From Eubacteriales bacterium (lineage in GTDB: Bacteria > Bacillota > Clostridia > Oscillospirales > CAG-272): 64,000 bases of DNA. How positions within the stretch are numbered: the first letter of the stretch is position 1; the number at the start of each line of letters is the position of its first letter. Where the stretch lies: assembly GCA_045643285.1 (NCBI GenBank), contig JAZUKN010000014.1, positions 7,772-71,771 on the forward strand, read 5' to 3'. The notes below the pieces were generated by a model. That model had not been told where the DNA came from. It ran no database searches and saw nothing but the letters and a program-made list of their open reading frames with translations. Shown here piece after piece: positions 27,132 through 35,500 of this stretch. The position numbers and the translations under genes were made by a program.

Positions 27132-27160
27132 ATTCTATCACAAAATGTAAGGAAATGCAA
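27132..27160 (-). promoter_or_regulatory. Promoter TTGCAT-17-TAGAAT with extended -10 TG (COG0523 gene pair)
   Basis: Minus strand reads ttgcatttccttacattttgtgatagaat, between the STAS terminator and the cobW-like start. Confidence 0.55.
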
Positions 27161-27200
27161 GGATTTGGGAAAGAAAACGCCGTGGAGTTTTCCTTTTCCG

Positions 27201-27227
27201 CAAAATAAAAAGCGCAAACGCGCTTCT
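27201..27227 (-). terminator. Intrinsic terminator closing the NRPS/PP2C-kinase/STAS operon
   Basis: Minus strand, right after the STAS TAA: aagcgc-gttt-gcgctt followed by tttattttg. Short 6-bp GC-rich stem. Confidence 0.5.
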
Positions 27228-27530
27228 TTATTTTTCCGTGATAATGATTTTTTTGTCAAGTCCCGTCAGACGGAAGATACTTGCGATCTCCGTACCGGCG
27301 TTCACCACCGAAAACCATGCGCCGATCTCTTTCGCTTTTCTGTGGCACGCCACGACCTGTCTCAGTCCCGACGACGCTATGTACTCGACTTTGTCAAAAT
27401 CAAGCACTATCGACTTCGCTTCTTCGATCGCGTCGATCTCTTTTCCAAGCTCCGGCGACGATGCCGTATCGAGCCAGCCGTCAAGCGCGAGAGTGATCTT
27501 TCCGTCTTCGTTTGTCTTTGTGATCGTCAT
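27228..27530 (-). CDS. STAS-domain anti-sigma-factor antagonist (RsbV/SpoIIAA-like)
   Basis: 100 aa. LDFDKVEYIASSGLRQVV carries the conserved phosphorylatable Ser context. The ATG overlaps the stop of the upstream phosphatase/kinase gene (ATGA 27527-27530). Confidence 0.8.
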   Translation of the reverse strand: MTITKTNEDGKITLALDGWLDTASSPELGKEIDAIEEAKSIVLDFDKVEYIASSGLRQVVACHRKAKEIGAWFSVVNAGTEIASIFRLTGLDKKIIITEK

Positions 27531-29515
27531 TTTCTGTCACCTCCGAGATATTTTATCATTGTTAAAATGTTTTTGCCGTTCGTGTATTCGTAGTTGATCT
27601 CGTCGACCGCCGAGAACGCGATGAACCGCCCAAGACCGCCCATTTGAACGTCCGGATCGTAGTCCCCTGCTCCGACTCCTTCGCGCGGATCAAACTCTTT
27701 TCCGCCGTCCTCAAAGCGCATCAGTATCCTGTCGGACACCGCGAGACGGAAGCTGATCTTTTCTTTCTCCGCGTCTTTATCTTTGAACGCATACGACACG
27801 ATATTGACGAAGCATTCCTCCGCCGCGAGACACAGCTCAAGCTGTTTCTGTCTCGGAAGCGGAAGCGAAAGTATCGCATCCTTGATTTTATCAAACTCGC
27901 TCTGTTCCACGTCGAGTGACAGTTCCGTCGTGTCCTTTACGGTAAGCGAGAGCATCGTTATGTCGTCGTGCTGTTCACTGCCGTCCGCGAACTCATCGAG
28001 GGCATGGCTGACGTATCCGACAATATCTGGCGCGTGAGACGGGCGGAACGACGAAAGCAGCTCTTCGAGCCGTTTTTCGCCGAAGAAGTGCTTCTCGCTG
28101 TCGGTAGCCTCGGTCACTCCGTCGGTGTAGAGAAGCAGTGTTTCTCCCATTGAGAGCTGCTCGACTGCCGATGTGTATTCCTCTCCCTCAAATAAACCGA
28201 GGATCACTCCGTTTGCCTCAGAAAGAGTGCGGACGTTTTCACCCACGACATAGGGAAGATTGTGTCCGGCGTTCGAGTAGGTGAGCGTCTTCGTGCGGCT
28301 GTCGTAAATGCCGACGAACGCCGTAACGAACAGCATTTCCGTATTGTTTGCGGCAAGCGCGGAGTTCGTTTTTTCGAGTATCTCGTCCGGAGGAAGATTC
28401 ATTTTCGCATACTGATGAATGAGCGTCAGCGTCACCGCCATGAAGATCGACGCGGCGATACCCTTTCCCGACACATCGGCTATCACGGTCAGCACGCGGT
28501 TTTCGTCAAGCGGAACGTAGTCGTATAGGTCGCCTGCGACTTCGTTTGCCGGCTTCATCATCGCCGACAGCTCGTACCGCTCGTATATCGGCCTGCCCGT
28601 CGGCAAAAAACCCTTTTGGATGTTCGCGGCGACATCAAGCTCCGTTTCGCGTCTTTCGCTTTCACGGGTGAGCGCTTCGATATTCCGAAGATAGCTGCCG
28701 ATGTTGTCGCTCATAGTGCCGAACGCATCAGCTATCATTGCAAATTCATCACTTTCGGTTCCGGCAAGCGAGATTTTTTCGCTCTTTCCTCCGGCAGCGA
28801 AGCTCGTCATCGCCTTGCTGAGTTTCTTCGCAGGTACGGATACCTGTCCGCGGATGACGAAATACATACTGATGCCCACGGCGGCGATCACGGCGGCGAG
28901 TGCCAGACCGATGATCAGAAAATACCTGTTTATCTCTCTGTATATTTCGATATTGTCAACGTCCACGCCGACAGATACACGGTTACCGTAGGAATCCTCA
29001 ATGATCGTTTCGGTTATCAGCTCGTGACCGAAAAGCGACTTCGTGACGATATGCGAGAACTGCTTCTTGCCCATCCATAAATTAAGCTCTTCGGTCGTGT
29101 AATTGTTTTCCTTCACAAGACCGACAAAGTGATCGGGGTATTTTTCCTCCATTTCGGGATCTTTGTACGCCGCGCAAACATACTGAAATACGCCTCTATC
29201 CGGGTACGGCACCAGCACGAATGCGTAGTCGATATCGAACCACTCGCACATGAATTCACCGTAAGTCAGCGCGAGATCGTGGTATTCGGGCAAGATCGGC
29301 ATTCCTGCCGTCTCATATTCGCCCTTGATTATGTCGGAGTACATCGTGACAAGCTGTTCGGACGTTTTTTCGGTCTTTCGGCGGATTATGGTCGACACTC
29401 CGAAGTACGACGCGGCAAGAAGCACCGCAAGTGCAGAGAGCAGGATAAGCACAGCCCTCTGCGACACACGCGCGGCTATGGAATTATAGTGTTTTTTCTT
29501 ACTTCCGTCTTTCAT
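27527..29515 (-). CDS. Membrane sensor with HAMP, PP2C (SpoIIE/RsbU-type) phosphatase and RsbW/SpoIIAB-type HATPase kinase domains
   Basis: ORF 27527..29608. Start moved to ATG 29515 (MKDGSKKKHYNS...), which overlaps the NRPS stop. Two TM segments flank a ~190-aa outside domain, then a HAMP-like linker. PP2C core: AANIQKGFLP...AGDLYDY...VIADVSGKGIAASIFM...LLLYTDGVTEA. C-terminal HATPase: AAEECFVNIVSYAF, FEDGGKEFDP, GGLGRFIAFSAVDE. Confidence 0.8.
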   Translation of the reverse strand: MKDGSKKKHYNSIAARVSQRAVLILLSALAVLLAASYFGVSTIIRRKTEKTSEQLVTMYSDIIKGEYETAGMPILPEYHDLALTYGEFMCEWFDIDYAFVLVPYPDRGVFQYVCAAYKDPEMEEKYPDHFVGLVKENNYTTEELNLWMGKKQFSHIVTKSLFGHELITETIIEDSYGNRVSVGVDVDNIEIYREINRYFLIIGLALAAVIAAVGISMYFVIRGQVSVPAKKLSKAMTSFAAGGKSEKISLAGTESDEFAMIADAFGTMSDNIGSYLRNIEALTRESERRETELDVAANIQKGFLPTGRPIYERYELSAMMKPANEVAGDLYDYVPLDENRVLTVIADVSGKGIAASIFMAVTLTLIHQYAKMNLPPDEILEKTNSALAANNTEMLFVTAFVGIYDSRTKTLTYSNAGHNLPYVVGENVRTLSEANGVILGLFEGEEYTSAVEQLSMGETLLLYTDGVTEATDSEKHFFGEKRLEELLSSFRPSHAPDIVGYVSHALDEFADGSEQHDDITMLSLTVKDTTELSLDVEQSEFDKIKDAILSLPLPRQKQLELCLAAEECFVNIVSYAFKDKDAEKEKISFRLAVSDRILMRFEDGGKEFDPREGVGAGDYDPDVQMGGLGRFIAFSAVDEINYEYTNGKNILTMIKYLGGDRK

Positions 29516-32500
29516 TGTTCGTCTCCGAGTTCGTTTATATCGAAATAATCGAGCGTCATTATGCTGTTTATCGCGCGGTCGAGGTATGCGTCGTCGACGA
29601 GCGGCCACGAGAAACCTATCCTGTACAGCACGTTCGTCGTGAAGCGGTTGTCACAGTCGACGGCGTGCGCGTCCTTTATGTCGTATGCCGCAAGTCCGCC
29701 GAGCTTTGCGTTAAATCTGTCGTCGCCGAGCTTTTTACGGAATTCGTCGTAGTATACGTCGTCCTGTTCGGCGATTATCGTGATACCGTTGCGGTTGCAG
29801 GCATCGATGATCTTCATTTCGTCAAATCCGTAGCGGTTGTCGGCGTTGAACGCGGTGAAGCGGTCGTCCACTCCTGCGAGAAGCACGACGGCTCTTGCTG
29901 TGCAGTCGACGGGTGAGAAGCGCATCGGGTCCGTCATGTGGCTGATCGGGTACTTGCCCATTACGGAAAATCCACGGATGCCGGAGAGAAACATATTCGT
30001 CTCAAGGTTTGCCTGGAATTCGCCGTCCCTGTGCCGTCCCATGAGGTTGCCGACTCTTATTACCCGGCCTCTCATACCTCTTTCTATTGCTTCGAACATA
30101 CAAAGCTCCGCATTGTACTTTGAGATAGCGTATTTGTTGTCCATGTCGTCGATCACGAACAGCTCGTTTTCGTGCATTCTTATCTGCTTTTCGTAGCTTT
30201 CGACTGTGTGGATTCCGGGAACGGACACCGTCGAGATCTGCACGAGGCGCGCACCTCTCTTTTCGCAGATCGAAATGAGGTTCTTCACGCCGCCGACGTT
30301 GATCCGTTTAAGAATATCGCTGTCGGAGAAATGCTTTACGCACGCCGCGCAGTTGATAACCGTGTCAAACGGTACGTCGGCGAGTGTATCTCCGAGAGAA
30401 GAATCCGTTATATCGGCTTCGATGAGCGTTATCCTGTCTCTGAGCGCGTCTTCAAATGCGTCGGAGAAGTAGTAGATGAGCATTGTCTTCAGTCTGGCGA
30501 GCGGACTGTCGTATTCCCCTCTGCGGACAAGGCAGTAAATATGTCCTTTTTCGGATTTTATGAGTTCTTCGAGAACGTGTATGCCGAGGAATCCGACCGC
30601 ACCCGTGAGAAGCACGTTTCCGAGCGGCTCTCTCTTCACGTCCGCCGCATATTTTACGGTATTGTATTTCAGTGCGTCGCGCGTCTTTGAAGAGATATTG
30701 CCGTCGGCGGAATCGTCGTCCTGTTTTGCTTTTTTCGCCTTGCCGTCGCGCTCTTCGATGAATCCGGCGAGCATTTCGGGAGTCGGATTGTCGAAAATAT
30801 CGCCGTACTTCACGTCTATCCCGTCGGACATCAGCATCATCGTGACCTTTGACGCGGACAGCGACGTACCGCCGTTCTCGAAGAAGTTGTCGTCGGCGTA
30901 TACTTCGTCAAGCGAAAGGACGGACGAGAATATCTCGCAGAGTCTTTCTTCAAGCGATTTCTTCGCGGCGCGTCTGCCCCTCTTGTCGGCGGATTTCTTT
31001 TTGATGTTCGCAGTTTCCGGAAGTGCTTTTTTGTCGATTTTTCCGTTAGGAGTAAGCGGAATGGCATCAAGCTGCATTATGACAGCCGGCACCATATAGT
31101 ATGTGAGCCGTTCTTTCAGATGCTCCGTGAGCGCGTCGATGTCAGTCGGCTCGGAGGCAGTGAAGAACGCCGCGAGGTAGTCTTCTCCGCCGTTGTTGCG
31201 GACGACGACTTTAGCCTGCTTGACTGTGCCGAAAGAGCAAATCACCTTTTCGATCTCGTCAAGCTCTACTCTGAATCCGCGGAGCTTGACCTGGTTGTCG
31301 AGCCGTCCGGAGAATTCTATTTCCGCGTCTCGGTTCACTCTGACGAGGTCGCCGCTGTGGTACGCCCTCAGTCCGCGAAGCTCGGTAAACGCCGCGGCAG
31401 TCTTTTCGGGCAGCTTCACGTACCCTCGCCCGACTCCTTCTCCGCATATCATAAGCTCACCGGATGCGTACGGCGGAAGTATGTTGCCGTCGGTGTCGGT
31501 CACATAGAATCGGACGTTGCCGGTAGGTCTGCCGATAGTGATACCGTTTCCGGAGTGAAGCTCCTTCATTGAACAGCAAATCGAAGTTTCCGTCGGGCCG
31601 TAACCGTTTACTATCTGTAATTCGGATGAGGTCTTCTTCAGCGAATCGTAAAGCGACGGCGGGAACGCTTCCGCACCGGATACTATCGTTGTAAGTCCGC
31701 GTATCGCCTCTTCAAATTCCTTTACGCTTATCGCGTTGTTGAGGAACGACGGAGTGCAGGTCATAAAGCGGACGTCGTTGTCTTTCATCAACTTTGCGAG
31801 TGCTATCGGGTTGTGTATTTCGTCCTCCGTCGCCATGACGACAGTCTTTCCGCGGTACAGAGCGAGATAAATCTCATACAGCGACATATCGAACGAGATC
31901 GAGCTTACGGCGAGCGACGCACCGCCATCTTTTCCGTCGGTGAAGAATCGGAGGACGAGCTGATCGGTCTCGACGAAGTTCGAGAAGTTCCTGTGCTCGA
32001 TCATAACGCCCTTGGGAGTTCCCGTAGAGCCGGAGGTATAGATGCAGTAAGCGAGCGCGTCCGGCTGAACGTCGACATTCGGGTTCTCGCGGTTGTTGTT
32101 TTCGAGCAGTTCTTCAACGGTCAGCGTTCTGTACGGCTTTGTGTCGGCGAATAGATCGGGTTTTGCGGCTTTGATATTCTCCGTCGTGATGACGAATTTC
32201 GCCGACGCATTCGTGAGGCAGTAGTCTATTCTTTCGTCGGGATAGGACGGTAGCATCGGTAAGAACGCGCCGCCGGATTTTTGCAGACCTATCTCGCATA
32301 TCATGACTTCCTTTGTCCGCTCCAGCACAAGTCCGACTATATCGTCTTTGACGACGCCGAGAGAAACAAGCGAATTTGCGACGGCGTTCGCCTGACTGTT
32401 CAGTTCCCCGAACGTCAGTGATTCGCCTGCGGCGACAACGGCTGTTCTGTCGGGATGAAGAGCGGCTTGTTCTTTGATCACACGGTGTACTCTCTTGCCT

Positions 32501-35500
32501 GTAGTCTTCACGTCGGATGCGTTGAGAACGGAATACGTCTCTTCCGCGTCATGCGACATCATCGAAACCGACGAGAGCTTTTCTGCCGTCATAAAGTTCT
32601 CAGCAACCGCGTCGACCGACGAAATAAGCGACTCAACGAGCCTGCGGCAGAACATATCCCTGCGGTAATCCGCAACGATGACGGGCTTTCCGGCGCGGAT
32701 GTATACGTTCATCGAAATCGGCGACTTTGCGACGGACGGTGCGACGTCGATGACCTCCGCAGTCTTTCCGCAGAGTGAATCAAACGCGAACGTCTCGCCC
32801 TGATATACGAATATTATATCTGATCTTATTCCGTATGCGCCGGACACCTCGGCAAACGATAAGAGGTCGTTCGACATATTGCCGAGAAGCTCAGTCTGAG
32901 TATCGCGGATGAGCTTTTCGGGAGCGTCGCCGCCGTTTATTTTTGCGTAAACGGGGACGGTCTTTACGAGCATCGTGACCGAGCCTGCGAGCCGCGAGTC
33001 ACTGCGTCCGTTGTAGATCGTTGTGAAGACTGTGTCTTCCCTGTGGATGAACCGCGCAAGGACATAAGCGAAAACGGAGTTCCAGAACGAGTTTGCCGTC
33101 ACGCCGTGTTCGCGGCAGTATTTTTTGATCTTTTCGTTGTCGACGGAGCATACTTTCTTTATGCTTCCGGCTTCTTTTTCGACGGTTTCAGGGCATTTTC
33201 CGGGCAGGCATTCCGCGTCCGCGCCTCTGAAAATGCTGTCGTAGTATTCCTTGGCGCGTGCGAGCCGGTCTGTTTTTCTCGCCTGTTCTTCGTCGAGCGC
33301 GGCTTCAAATCCTGTGTATGTTTCTTTTTCGACTTCTTCGCCGACATATGCTTTCGTTATATCCGAGAGGATTATGCTCTCGCTCGTGCCGTCGGAGATG
33401 ATGTGATGAGCGTCGGTGAAGAAGTATTTTCCGCCGTCCGTTTCGTATATTGCGGCTCTGATAAGCGGTTCTCCGAGTAAGTTGAACGGCTTTACAAGCG
33501 CGGAGCTGTCGGGCAGGCAGGCGCACTTTATGACGGGCACTTCGATTTCTGCGCCGTCGTTTCTCTTCGCTCTGACGTTGCCCTCGTTGTCGGTGAAAAG
33601 CACGGTCTTGACGTACGGATGAGCGTCAAGCGCAGTCTTCACGGCAGAGGCGAGCTTTTCGGAATCGACTGACTCGTCGAGCTTTATGAGAAGCGGCATA
33701 TTATAGAGCACGCTGTCGGAATTCGAGAGACATTCAATGAAAATGCCTTTCTGCGTCTCGGTTATCGGGTAGTCGGGGAAAATTTCGTATTCCTCTGCTT
33801 TTTCGGCGGACGAGACGAACTTTTCAAGCAGTCTGACCGTCGGATTTTCTTTTATGTCCGCGATCTTTATAACGCACGGGAACGCTTTCGAGAGCATCAC
33901 GTTGAGCTTCACCGCGCCGATTGACGTAAGTCCTGCGTCGTAAATGTCGCTCTCTATGCCGAACGCCTTGTGTCCGATAACTTCGGCGATTATATCGTAA
34001 ATCTTCTGCTGTGATCCGTTTTCGGGAGCTGTCATATCGGAAGACCGTCTTTCCGGCACGGGAAGAGCGCGGCGGTTGACTTTCTGATTCTGATTCAGCG
34101 GAATCTTATCTATCCTCATCGTGACAGCCGGCACCATGTACGGCGGTTTTTCGGCTCTGATGAAGTCTCCGAGCGCGCGAACGTCGATCTCACCGTCGGA
34201 AACGACGTAAGCCGCGATGAATTTTCCGCCTGCCGGATCGTCGAATGCCGCGACAGTTGCGTCCTTTACGCCGGGAAAACGTCTGACGACCTCTTCGACC
34301 TCCGTAAGCTCCACTCTGAATCCGCGGACTTTGACCTGTGCGTCGCGTCTGCCGACGAATTGGAGATTTCCGTCGCCCATATATCGCACGATGTCGCCGG
34401 TGCGGTATACTCTTTCGTACCCTTCGCAGTCGTCAAACGGATTTGTACCGTATGCTTCTGCGGTCTTTTCAGGTCTGTTGAGATAACCGCGCGTGACGTG
34501 AGGACCTGCTATCCACAGTTCTCCCACTGCGCCGACGGGCAGAAGTGCGCCGCCCTTTCCGACGACGTACGCTTTGAGGTTGTCGACGGCTTTGCCTATC
34601 GGCACGTCTCTGTATCGCCCGTCAAGCGTGAATATCGACGTGATGACTGACCCCTCGGACGGACCGTATGCGTTGTGGAAAGCGAATCCCTCCGGCACGT
34701 CAAGCGGTATCAGCTTTTCTCCTGCCACGGTGAGGTGACGGAGAGTGCTCAGTCCGCCCATTTCGGCAAACTGCCTGCCGACCTGCATCGTCATGACGGT
34801 GTGAGTTATGCCGTTTTTGTTGAAATATTCGGCGAGGGCAGGGAAGTCGAGCCTTATCTCGTCGGAGATGATGTGCAGTTCCGCGCCGGACGTGACTGCC
34901 GGATACATATCGTAAACGTTTGCGTCAAAACCGTAGCTTGCGTAAGCCGCGACGCGCGAATCCGTGCCGATGCCGTAGAATTTCTTTTCCCATTCCGTCG
35001 TGACTACGGTATTTCCATGCTCGAACATAACGCCTTTCGGAACGCCGGTGGAGCCGGATGTGTATATCATCACAAACAGATCGTGCAGTCCGGGTGTCGG
35101 AAGCTGAATGTCCCGGAGCGTAACGTCCGACTCTTCGAGCGAATCAAGCGACGAGAGCGGTATCCTCTGCCCGGTGTACTCTTCTGTTATTATTCCGTCG
35201 AGCGCGTCCGCGTAAATGACAGCCGCCGCACGGGAATCTCCGATCATAAGATTCAGCCTCTCCGGCGGATAAGACGGATCGAGCGGCAAATATGCGCCTC
35301 CTGCCTTGAGTACGGCAAGAGAGCAGATGAGCATATACTCCGATCTCGGGATAAGCACGCCGACGACCTTTTTTCGTCCGATGCCGTTTTTCACGAGATA
35401 TTTTGCTATCGTGTCCGTTATTTCATCGATATAACGGTAGGTGTATCTGTTTTCTTCGTAGACAAGGCAAATTTTGTCGGGCGTTTTCGCCGCCTGCTCG

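Noticed and set aside
27071-27200. Zur box in front of the COG0523 gene pair.
   Set aside because: There is no TCGTAAT-N-ATTACGA-like palindrome. The only symmetric element is a short AT run (aaaatatttt). Zinc regulation is therefore unsupported by sequence, although the organism's Zur motif is unknown to me.
27071-27259. N-terminal extensions in the ORF track: cobW-like 27259, sensor 29608, alaS 38725, hisZ 1962, GH95 7493, xylA 45297, membrane protein 50560, pyrR 17828.
   Set aside because: Internal ATGs sit behind good GGAGG-type RBSs and match the family N-termini. The extensions overlap upstream genes, promoters or terminators.
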